This document shows positions 9,301 through 16,485 of a stretch of DNA of 24,000 nucleotides, piece after piece. Source of the DNA: Spirochaetia bacterium (GTDB lineage Bacteria; Spirochaetota; Spirochaetia; CADAEX01); contig CAXXHA010000036.1 of NCBI GenBank assembly GCA_963662265.2, positions 14,247-38,246 on the forward strand, written 5' to 3'. The notes below the pieces were generated by a model. The model saw only the letters and a list, made by a program, of their open reading frames with translations. It ran no database searches and was not told the origin of the DNA. Both the position numbers and the translations under genes were made by a program. How positions within the stretch are numbered: the first letter of the stretch is position 1; every line of letters starts with the position of its first letter.

Positions 9301-9820
9301 GCTTCTTTCCTATGCTCTCTATCCGAATGTGTATCTTGATTATGATAAACACAGGACACAGTATTCAGATACTTCTGTTATTCCTACACCTACATACTTT
9401 TACGGTCTTGAACCGGGAGATGAGGTTTCTGTTGATATAGATACCGGAAAGACTCTTATTATCAAGCTTGTTGCTGTGGGAAGTGTTCACCATGACGGAA
9501 CACGGCATCTCTACTTCGAACTCAATGGTCTTTCAAGGCAGGTTACTGTAAGGGACAATACTGTTGAAGGTGATTTTGCAGTAAGGGAAAAAGCTGACAA
9601 GTTTAACAAACACCATGTAGGGGCACCAATGCCGGGCAAGGTATTTAAAGTGCTTGTCAAACCGGGCGATGATGTTGATTCAGGCGATGTGCTTGTTGTA
9701 ACAGAAGCAATGAAGATGGAAACAAATATCAAGGCTTCGATTGCCGGAAAGGTTAAGGAAGTTCTGTTTGATATTGGAGACCAGGTGGAAAAAGATGACC
9801 TCCTTTTGGAGCTTGAATAG
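6374..9820 (+). CDS. pyc: Pyruvate carboxylase, single-chain (biotin carboxylase + carboxyltransferase + biotinyl domain)
   Basis: 1148 aa. The N-terminal biotin carboxylase/ATP-grasp has ANRGEIAIR, GGGGRGMR and EMNPRLQVEHTVTE. The central carboxyltransferase has TTMRDAHQSLLATR and HLHTHDTSS. The C-terminal biotinyl domain has EAMKMET. SD AGGAG at 6362-6366 with a 7-nt spacer. Confidence 0.95.
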   Translation: MAIRKINKIMSANRGEIAIRTFRACMELGIKTVAIYSKEDRLSLYRTKADEAYRVGKGKSPIDAYLGIDEIIDLAKRKGVDAIHPGYGFLSENPEFSEKCEKEGIIFIGPTAVQQRTLGDKVSARAAAIAAGVPVVPGTDDPVKSEEEAFKFAKEAGYPIIIKAAAGGGGRGMRVANNHKELVEGLHSAASEAKAAFGDDTVFLEKYLKNPKHIEIQIIGDTHGNIVHFFERDCSIQRRHQKVVEFAPSLAISDELRQELCDNAIKIAKQVNYRNAGTVEFLVDQNGGYYFIEMNPRLQVEHTVTELITGRDLVQTQIRVAEGYKLSDPEINIPDQKSIKKSGYAIQCRITTEDPQNNFAPDFGTLKAYRSPAGFGVRLDAGNAFTGARITSSYDSLLVKLSGWGLSFEHAAMVMKRSLVEFRIRGVKTNIPFLQNVVSHPVFLAGQCDTSFIGDNPELMEFRENKDRATKILDYIGDRVINGTEGIEKPRGSLIFPEADVPEIRLSAERKEGTRDIFKKLGPEKFSDWILDQKKLLVTDTTMRDAHQSLLATRIRTYDILQIAEATSHLASDMFSFEMWGGATFDVSMRFLKECPWQRLHKLRENIPNVLFQMLLRASNAVGYTNYPDNVVQEFVREAADSGIDLFRIFDSLNWTKGMAVAMDAVRSNGKLCEASICYTGDITDPKRDKYPLEYYVNLGRELENMGANILAIKDMAGLLKPFAATKLIRALKDEVGIPVHLHTHDTSSNGGATLLRAAEAGVDIVDASLSSISGLTAQPNLNALNAALEGTDRDPHLDSVGIQKLANYWETVRSYYKPFETDLKSGTAEVYYHEIPGGQYSNYKPRVAGVGLLDKWEECKKMYHDVNEAFGDIIKVTPSSKIVADLAIFLVQNEVAIEDLIEKAPDLAFPQSVVDFFKGMIGQPYLGFPAELQKAILKGEEAITCRPGELLEPFDFEKERKDLEEKLGHEVDDKELLSYALYPNVYLDYDKHRTQYSDTSVIPTPTYFYGLEPGDEVSVDIDTGKTLIIKLVAVGSVHHDGTRHLYFELNGLSRQVTVRDNTVEGDFAVREKADKFNKHHVGAPMPGKVFKVLVKPGDDVDSGDVLVVTEAMKMETNIKASIAGKVKEVLFDIGDQVEKDDLLLELE

Positions 9821-9847
9821 GCTTTTCTGAATATTTTCAATTTTGCT

Positions 9848-9894
9848 GGCAGAACAGACAGTGTGGGGATAATGTCTGTTCTGCCTCTTTTTTT
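9848..9894 (+). terminator. Rho-independent terminator of pyc
   Basis: Perfect 13-bp stem: GGCAGAACAGACA (9848-9860) pairs with TGTCTGTTCTGCC (9873-9885). The loop is 12 nt, followed by TC and a T7 run (9888-9894). It sits between the convergent pyc and hybrid-kinase genes. On the minus strand the hairpin is followed by AGCAAAATTG, so it is at best a weak terminator in that direction. Confidence 0.85.
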
Positions 9895-9962
9895 ATCAAG
9901 GCGTATTCGCAGAAAATCAGCCAGCCTTGCTTTGAGTCTTAGCTGTATCAGATGCTTAATAT

Positions 9963-12680
9963 TCAGACTCTTGCTTCCAGGGTATTTTCAATTTTTTCGA
10001 GCAGAATTTCGGCATCTTTATACCTGTAGTTTTTTATCATCCTGAACAGGGTTAGTGTATTTTTCCTGGTAGAGTCAGGAAGAATAAAATTCTCGATTTC
10101 TTCCATAATTTCCATACAGCATTTTGGATTATGTTTTTTCACCTTCTGTTTCAGCAGCTCCAGCTGTTTTATCAGCTCTTCAGTTCTTATCTCTGATTTT
10201 CCGTTCTGTTCTTTTTTATTCTGTCCATTCAATATTTCAAAACCTGCTGAAATTGAGTGTATGAGACTCCTGAGTTCTTTGTTGAAATCAATAAACAGCT
10301 GACATTCGGTTTCAGATCCTTTTACCTTTAACTCGCTGTTAAGGAGTTCCGCTTTTTTCATCAGTTCGCAGGCTCCGAGATTTCCTGATGCTCCTTTAAT
10401 TGTGTGAACTGTTCTTGTAACTGCATCCCAGTCATTCCGGATCATTAAATCTGTAATATCATCATCTGCTGTTTTGAAATCTTCATAAAATTTGAGAACA
10501 AGATTTTTAAACAGCTTTTTATTGTTTCCTACCCGTTTCAATCCCTCTTCACAGCTGATTCCGTCTATTTCCGGAATATCACATTCAAACAAACTTTCAT
10601 CTTTAGTATTTGCATTTGTTTCTCTTTCGGCAGGAGCAATCCATTTTACAAGTACGTTCCACAGCTCTCCCGGGTTAAAAGGTTTTGTGACATAGTCATT
10701 CATCCCAATATCAAGGACTTTTTCCTTTACTCCTACCATGGCATCAGCTGTCATAGCTATAATCGGAATATCCTGAAACCGGCTGTCTTTTCTTATCTCT
10801 TTAGTGGCACAGTACCCATCCATTTCAGGCATCTGAAGATCCATCAATACACAGTCATGACTGGTGGATATTTTTGACAGTGCGTCAATCCCGTTCTTTG
10901 CTATATCAACAAAAAACCCTTCATGTTCAAGAAATTCACCTGCAACCTGCTGATTTATTTCATTATCCTCAACAAGAAGTATTTTTGCCCCGATTATCCT
11001 GTTGAAATCTTCCGGTTTTTCTTCGGCATTCTTTCTGATCTTCCCGGCTTTCTGTTGTGACAGTTTTCCGAATACAGATATTATTGTATCCAGCAGCATG
11101 GAAGGATTGACCGGTTTTATAAGGAAGCCGTCCAGGTTATCCCTGTCTGCTTGGCTGATAATATCTTCTCTTCCAATGCTTGTTATCATTATGATTTTAG
11201 GCTGATGTATATTTTCAAGCTTTCTGATTTTTCTAATCAATTCAAAACCATCCATTTCCGGCATCTTGTAGTCAATAAGAGCAAGGTCGTAATTTTTATC
11301 TCCCGAAGCCTGGTTCTGGATAAAATTACGTAAAGCAAGATTTCCATCAGGAAGCGCGGTTGCATCAAAGTTGAAATCATTTAAATAGGAGAGCAGGACT
11401 TCCCTTGCTGTTTCATTATCATCAACAACCATGACTTTTAATCCTGTTAATTCTTCTGCCGCTGTTTTTTTCTTTTCCTCATTCCCTTTCTCCAGTTCAG
11501 CTGTAAAGTAAAAACAGCTTCCTCTGCCGAACCTGCTTTCAACACCTATTTCACCGCCCATTAATTCAGACAGTTTTTTACTGATTGCGAGTCCGAGACC
11601 TGTTCCTCCGTATTTACGTGTTGTAGATGTATCAGCCTGGGAAAATGATTTGAACAGCTTCGCCTTCTGATCATCTGTTAGACCAATGCCTGTATCGGAA
11701 ACTTCAAATCTGATAATGACAGAATTGTCTTTTATTTCCTGGAGACTGACAGTGACGACTATTTCCCCTTCAGAGGTGAATTTAATTGCATTATTTGTCA
11801 GGTTCAGAAGTATCTGCCCGAGCCGGAGTGGGTCGCCTACCAGGTTGTTCGGAATATTGAGGTCCTGGCTGAAAATCAGTTCAAGCTCCTTGTTATTGAC
11901 TTTCTCTCCGATAATGCTTGCCAGGTTATCAAGCACTTCATTAAGCAGGAATCCTGTTTTTTCGATATCCATTTTGCCAGCTTCAATTTTTGAGAAATCA
12001 AGTATATCGTTGATAATTCCGAGCAGGTTGTTGGATGACCGGCTGATTTTATACACATAGTCCTGCTGTCTTTCTGTTAAATCTGTTTTGGTAAGCAGGT
12101 TGCTGAGTCCTATTATTGCATTCATCGGGGTTCTTATTTCATGGCTCATATTTGCCAGAAAGTCGCCTTTTGCTTTTGTTGCTGATTCAGCCTCCTGTTT
12201 TGCCGCAGTAAGCTCATCCATCATTGTCTGAAGTTCAGTGTTTTTCATTTTAATATTATGAAAAAGCGATTCTCTGGTAGGCTGAATAATAAGTTCCCTG
12301 CACTGCTGAAACAAATCTTCTGATAATGTGTTTTTATCCAGTGGTATTTTCAGAAAAACACTTATTGAATCTTTTCTGTTGTCTGATTTATTTATTATGC
12401 AGTTATTAAAAAAGCTTTTCAGTTCAGTTTCTGAAATATCGGAATTGAATGGTGTAATATCAAGTATGAGTTTTTCAGGTTTTTCATTGTTGACACTTAT
12501 AACCAGTTCTGAACATATGATGTTGTTTCCATCCAGGCATACCAGCTCAGAGAGTATTGTTGCGTTTCGGGTTGATTTAATTTCAGAAAAACCCAGAAGC
12601 AGAGATAATTGAAATATCTTTTTCCTGAACATTATCAGGTTAAGATATGTTTCTTCAGTTATTGCCCCTAAATTTATCAT
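9963..12680 (-). CDS. Soluble hybrid sensor histidine kinase (unassigned N-domain, coiled coil, HisKA, HATPase, REC, REC, HPt)
   Basis: 905 aa with no obvious TM segment.
- H-box: [11 protein letters not shown] (His180)
- N/G boxes: [30 protein letters not shown]
- REC1: VVDDNE...[11 protein letters not shown]...LIKP
- REC2: LVEDNE...[11 protein letters not shown]...AMTA...VTKP
- HPt: [12 protein letters not shown]
The ATG overlaps the upstream stop (ATGA at 12677-12680). Confidence 0.9.
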   Translation of the reverse strand: MINLGAITEETYLNLIMFRKKIFQLSLLLGFSEIKSTRNATILSELVCLDGNNIICSELVISVNNEKPEKLILDITPFNSDISETELKSFFNNCIINKSDNRKDSISVFLKIPLDKNTLSEDLFQQCRELIIQPTRESLFHNIKMKNTELQTMMDELTAAKQEAESATKAKGDFLANMSHEIRTPMNAIIGLSNLLTKTDLTERQQDYVYKISRSSNNLLGIINDILDFSKIEAGKMDIEKTGFLLNEVLDNLASIIGEKVNNKELELIFSQDLNIPNNLVGDPLRLGQILLNLTNNAIKFTSEGEIVVTVSLQEIKDNSVIIRFEVSDTGIGLTDDQKAKLFKSFSQADTSTTRKYGGTGLGLAISKKLSELMGGEIGVESRFGRGSCFYFTAELEKGNEEKKKTAAEELTGLKVMVVDDNETAREVLLSYLNDFNFDATALPDGNLALRNFIQNQASGDKNYDLALIDYKMPEMDGFELIRKIRKLENIHQPKIIMITSIGREDIISQADRDNLDGFLIKPVNPSMLLDTIISVFGKLSQQKAGKIRKNAEEKPEDFNRIIGAKILLVEDNEINQQVAGEFLEHEGFFVDIAKNGIDALSKISTSHDCVLMDLQMPEMDGYCATKEIRKDSRFQDIPIIAMTADAMVGVKEKVLDIGMNDYVTKPFNPGELWNVLVKWIAPAERETNANTKDESLFECDIPEIDGISCEEGLKRVGNNKKLFKNLVLKFYEDFKTADDDITDLMIRNDWDAVTRTVHTIKGASGNLGACELMKKAELLNSELKVKGSETECQLFIDFNKELRSLIHSISAGFEILNGQNKKEQNGKSEIRTEELIKQLELLKQKVKKHNPKCCMEIMEEIENFILPDSTRKNTLTLFRMIKNYRYKDAEILLEKIENTLEARV

Positions 12681-13261
12681 TTTACGTTCCTTATAATTAT
12701 ACAGGAAGCATCATCATTTTTACGGAAATTCTTGAACAGCTTTCCTGCAATATCTTCTGATGAGCCTGAAAGCAATCCGGGGAAGTTATCAAGCGGAAGA
12801 TTATCCTTTATACCGTCAGAGCAGAGGATAAGGATATCACCTCTTAAAAGCCTGTCATTTATCATACACGGGTTCGGCATGGAATAACCCAGTACCCCGT
12901 TCCTGGAGATTAAGGATCTCTTTTCAATTCCGTAAATTACCGCGCTTATATTGCCTATTCCGGAAAAAAGAATAGAGTTGTCTTCAGAGCTGATGCAGCA
13001 GGCAGCAGCTACGGCGCCCCTTGTCCCTTTTAGAAATTCATCAAGCCTTGTAATTATTTTTACAGGATCCGGCTCCAGTTTATCCTGCAAAAATATTTCT
13101 ATTTCCTCGGCAAGACCGGCTGCTTCATCCCCATGTCCGAGAACATCAATCAGGACAGCATAGAGATAATCCTCTTTTTCCTGAATTATGGCAGTATCTC
13201 CGCACCCTTTTTCACCGTAAATCGCATCTTTATATATTTTAATATCAAGCAGATTTTCCAC
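12677..13261 (-). CDS. rsbX: Small PP2C/SpoIIE-type phosphatase, RsbX-like
   Basis: 194 aa. PP2C-type motifs: [26 protein letters not shown] and NDDAS. Size and position (directly after the RsbT-like kinase) match RsbX. The GTG start at 13259-13261 abuts the TAG of the upstream gene. GGAGA lies 6 nt upstream. Confidence 0.7.
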   Translation of the reverse strand: MENLLDIKIYKDAIYGEKGCGDTAIIQEKEDYLYAVLIDVLGHGDEAAGLAEEIEIFLQDKLEPDPVKIITRLDEFLKGTRGAVAAACCISSEDNSILFSGIGNISAVIYGIEKRSLISRNGVLGYSMPNPCMINDRLLRGDILILCSDGIKDNLPLDNFPGLLSGSSEDIAGKLFKNFRKNDDASCIIIRNVK

Positions 13262-13687
13262 CTATATTCTCCATTTTGTCACTGTAATCCTGGTTCCCCG
13301 GCCTGTCCCTGATTCTATTTCCAGGGAATCCATTATTTCCTTAACACTGGAAAGTCCGAGTCCAAGGCTGTCCCCTGTTGAATATTCCGGAGCAACAGCT
13401 GCACTGATATCATCAATACCGGGCCCGTCGTCCTGTACAACGATCAGTATGCCGGTTCTTCTGCCGTCTGTTATCTTATGGTAAAATACATGTCCTGAGT
13501 CTGCATAGCGGACAATATTTGTAGTCAGTTCAGATACAGCTGTTGCTATAAGTGACTGCTCGTTTCTGTCGAAATTAAGTTTTTCACAGAATTCCCTTGT
13601 CATTATTACTGAATAGGCAATATCTGCAGAATGCTCAATTTTGATGCTTAACTGTGATTCACTTTTTTTATATTTCAATTCACACAT
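13262..13687 (-). CDS. rsbT: GHKL-type Ser/Thr protein kinase, RsbT-like
   Basis: The ORF track extends to 13756. ATG 13687 gives 141 aa (MCELKYKK...) and overlaps the upstream STAS gene stop by 8 nt (ATGTGTGA). Motifs: N-box AVSELTTNIVRYA, G1 VVQDDGPGI, G2 SLGLGLSSVKE. There is no HisKA domain, i.e. the RsbT/RsbW/SpoIIAB class. Confidence 0.75.
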   Translation of the reverse strand: MCELKYKKSESQLSIKIEHSADIAYSVIMTREFCEKLNFDRNEQSLIATAVSELTTNIVRYADSGHVFYHKITDGRRTGILIVVQDDGPGIDDISAAVAPEYSTGDSLGLGLSSVKEIMDSLEIESGTGRGTRITVTKWRI

Positions 13688-14078
13688 CTGTATATTCCAA
13701 TCCGATTTTTTCCTGGTCAGGGGAGGTGTTTTCCAGCATTTTGATCCCCTCTTCAAGGTCTGATGCTATATTGAGAGAATCAAAATCAACGCTGAGATCA
13801 ACAAGTGTGGATGCAACTCCCGGCTTGAAACCGGTGAAAACAGTCTGTCCTCCCATCAGGCAGATCATTTTCCCTGTCTGGACAAGGGCTGTAAATGTTT
13901 TTCTGTCCATGACATTTATAGCAGAAACATCAACTAGGACTTTTTTCACTGAATGTCTGTTTATTCTTCCAAGTATGTTTTTCTGAAACAGGAGAAGTGT
14001 ATCCAGACTGAAATCTTCCGGAAGCGGAATTATGAGGCAGTCACTTATAATATGGGCATTTAAACTGTTTTCTGCCAT
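13680..14078 (-). CDS. rsbS: Single-domain STAS protein, RsbS-like
   Basis: 132 aa, STAS fold only: LIIPLPEDF...VLVDVSAINVMD...LMGGQTVFTGFKPGVASTL. It lies between the PAS-STAS gene and the RsbT-like kinase, with a 1-nt gap to the upstream stop. The residue after the conserved Asp is Arg rather than Ser/Thr (see findings). Confidence 0.75.
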   Translation of the reverse strand: MAENSLNAHIISDCLIIPLPEDFSLDTLLLFQKNILGRINRHSVKKVLVDVSAINVMDRKTFTALVQTGKMICLMGGQTVFTGFKPGVASTLVDLSVDFDSLNIASDLEEGIKMLENTSPDQEKIGLEYTDV

Positions 14079-14079
14079 T

Positions 14080-14880
14080 TTAAATGCTCTTTTTATTATC
14101 GCTTACTTCAAGGTCGAGTATGCTGAAGGCGCCTCCCAGCGCTTCCTGTAAATTTGAATGAGTCAGAATTGTCCCAAGTTCTACACCAAGGGTGACAAGA
14201 GTCTGTGCAACAGATGGCGATATGCCGGAAATGATGCATTTGCACCCCATAAGGCGGGTTGCTTTTGCAATTTTTATAAGATGGTTTGCTACAGCTGTAT
14301 CAACAGTAGCAACCCCCTGAATATCCAGGATAATTATCTTGGAGGAAGTTTCTTTTAATTTGTTCAGCATAGTATCCATCATCTGCTGGGCCCTGTATGA
14401 ATCCACAACACCTACTATAGGCAGAACGAGGATCCTGTCCCACAGCTGAATAACCGGTGTTGATATTTCGAGAATTGTTCTGCTCTGCTCTTTGAGTTTT
14501 TCCTCTTTTTTTACAACTTCCGAGATATCAATTATATATTCGAGGCCTCCGATTATTTCACCGTCTTTATTCCGAAGGACATCAGCCGTATACTCGATAG
14601 GTACAGGTTTATTGTCAAGGTAAACAATGTTTCTCACAGTTGCAACAGATTCACCATTCATGACATGTTTCATCCTGCAGTTGCCGTTTTTACAGTGATC
14701 CGAATCAAACAGGGTGAAGCAGAAATTTGAATCAATATCCTCCCATTTTGAATTTGTCATTTCCAGACCAGCCTTGTTCATGAATATGATTTTAAAATCT
14801 TTATCAATTGCCATTACAGGAGTGGGGAGCTGGTTGAGGATATCTTCACTGAATGAATTGTTTTTTTCACTTTTATTCAT
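14080..14880 (-). CDS. rsbR: PAS-STAS sensor protein, RsbR-like (stressosome input subunit)
   Basis: 266 aa. The N-terminal PAS-like domain (LPTPVMAIDKDFKIIFMNKAG...DGEIIGGLEYIIDISE) carries a Cys/His cluster. A helical linker follows. The C-terminal STAS domain (ILVLPIVGVVD...ILDIQGVATVDTAVANH...ISGISPSVAQTLVTLG) has both RsbR-type Thr motifs (VDT and AQT). Confidence 0.75.
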   Translation of the reverse strand: MNKSEKNNSFSEDILNQLPTPVMAIDKDFKIIFMNKAGLEMTNSKWEDIDSNFCFTLFDSDHCKNGNCRMKHVMNGESVATVRNIVYLDNKPVPIEYTADVLRNKDGEIIGGLEYIIDISEVVKKEEKLKEQSRTILEISTPVIQLWDRILVLPIVGVVDSYRAQQMMDTMLNKLKETSSKIIILDIQGVATVDTAVANHLIKIAKATRLMGCKCIISGISPSVAQTLVTLGVELGTILTHSNLQEALGGAFSILDLEVSDNKKSI

Positions 14881-15314
14881 ATGGAATTCCGCCTTTTTTA
14901 AAATATTTACTAATTAATTATAGTAAAATAAAATTCAATTCTCCAATTATTCATTAAAAAAACAGGAAATATTATTATTAAAAAAACGGAATAGATAAAA
15001 AATATGTTAATACGCAGACAGGCTGAATCTGTTTCAATAGTTAATGCCGGTTTTAATTAAAAAAAGTAAAATGACATTGTAATCAGCTTTCCAATAAATT
15101 ATATTATTATAATGAATAAAATTATATTTTAAACTAAGGAAGTATTATTCAGAAATAGTGATAATAAAAAGTTGTATAAGAAATTGTTTTTATTTCTAAT
15201 TTATAGCGTAAAGAACCCCTCATCAAATGATTCCTCCATGCAGAATTGCCAGAAGAAATAAATAATCAATTCCTCTGATAATACAAAACAGTTATTTAAT
15301 GAAGGAATTCCGTT

Positions 15315-16424
15315 ATGAAAAATATTTTAAGCAGATCAACACTGCTGCTGGTTGATGATACTCCTCACAATATTGATTTCCTTATCAATACAATTGGAAA
15401 TACTTACAATCTTATAATTGCCACTAATGGTGAAGATGCTCTTGCAGCTGCTGATGAGTCAGTTCCCGATCTTATTCTGCTTGATATTCTGATGCCGGGA
15501 ATGGACGGGTTTGAGGTTTGTACCAGGCTGAAACAGAATAAAAAGACCTGTGAAATACCGGTGATTTTTTTATCTGCGGTTACTGAAGTAGACCAGAAAA
15601 CAAGGGGATTTTCGCTTGGTGCTGCTGATTACATAACAAAGCCTTTTAATGTGCAGGAAGTTTCAGCACGTGTTGAAACTCACCTGGCTGCAAAATTTGC
15701 AAGGGACTGCCTGATGAATCAGAATAATATACTGGAAAATATAGTAAGGGAAAGAACCAGTGAGATCATGGCTACACAGGATATAACAATAAGAATGGCT
15801 GCATCCCTTGCAGAAACCAGGGATAATGATACAGGGAATCATATTATAAGAACACAGATGTATGTGAAGAAACTCGCGGAAAAACTTTCGATGGAGAGTA
15901 AATACCGCAGTCAGCTGGATGATAAAACTATCGATTTGCTTGTTAAATCATCCCCTCTCCATGATATCGGCAAGATTGGTGTAACAGACAGGGTTCTTCT
16001 TAAACCGGGCAGGCTTGATGATAATGAATTTACAGAGATGAAAATGCATACTGTATTTGGCTATAATGCCCTGCTTAAAGCGGAAAAGGAGATGAAGAGT
16101 GATTCTTTTTTGACAATATCAAGAGAAATTGCATATACACATCATGAAAAATGGAATGGAACAGGTTACCCGCAGGGGTTGAAAGGGGAAGATATTCCTC
16201 TTTCAGGAAGAATCATGGCTGTTGCTGATGTTTATGATGCGCTTGTTACAAGAAGAATATATAAGCCTCCTGTAAGCCATGATGAGGCTGTTTCAATCAT
16301 GTGCGAGGGGAGGGGAACTCATTTTGATCCGGTTCTCACTGATTGTTTCCTGCAGATCAACGGGGAATTCAGAACGATAGCTGTAGCTCTTTCTGAAGCG
16401 GATGATATAAAAAATGACTTGTAA
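15315..16424 (+). CDS. Response regulator with HD-GYP domain (RpfG-type putative c-di-GMP phosphodiesterase), copy 1
   Basis: 369 aa. REC: LLVDDTPHNID...LLDILMPGMDG...ITKP. HD-GYP: TGNHIIRT, PLHDIGKIGV, HHEKWNGTGYPQG, ADVYDAL. SD AAGGA lies 8 nt upstream of the ATG. Confidence 0.9.
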   Translation: MKNILSRSTLLLVDDTPHNIDFLINTIGNTYNLIIATNGEDALAAADESVPDLILLDILMPGMDGFEVCTRLKQNKKTCEIPVIFLSAVTEVDQKTRGFSLGAADYITKPFNVQEVSARVETHLAAKFARDCLMNQNNILENIVRERTSEIMATQDITIRMAASLAETRDNDTGNHIIRTQMYVKKLAEKLSMESKYRSQLDDKTIDLLVKSSPLHDIGKIGVTDRVLLKPGRLDDNEFTEMKMHTVFGYNALLKAEKEMKSDSFLTISREIAYTHHEKWNGTGYPQGLKGEDIPLSGRIMAVADVYDALVTRRIYKPPVSHDEAVSIMCEGRGTHFDPVLTDCFLQINGEFRTIAVALSEADDIKNDL

Positions 16425-16485
16425 ACAGTAATAAATAATAATTTACGGGTGAAAATAATAAGTAGCCTTATCAGGGGAGAAAATT

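Noticed and set aside
9863-10045. 60-aa plus-strand ORF after pyc
   Set aside because: It begins inside the pyc terminator hairpin and runs antisense into the kinase 3' end. This makes it implausible as a gene.
13688-13756. N-terminal 23-aa extension of the RsbT-like ORF (ORF-track start at 13756)
   Set aside because: The extension lies entirely within the RsbS-like coding region. The ATG at 13687 gives an RsbT-sized protein and the classic ATGTGTGA overlap junction.
15096-15128. Direct repeat AAATTATATT (15096-15105 and 15119-15128) in the divergent control region
   Set aside because: It is a 10-mer of only A/T in a spacer that is almost entirely A/T, so it cannot be distinguished from chance.
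14881-15314. Possible c-di-GMP riboswitch or other structured leader upstream of the HD-GYP genes
   Set aside because: I looked for GC-rich paired elements and conserved GEMM-like segments. The region is too AT-rich and shows no convincing stems. The short ORFs here (for example MIPPCRIARRNK at 15228) lack any support.
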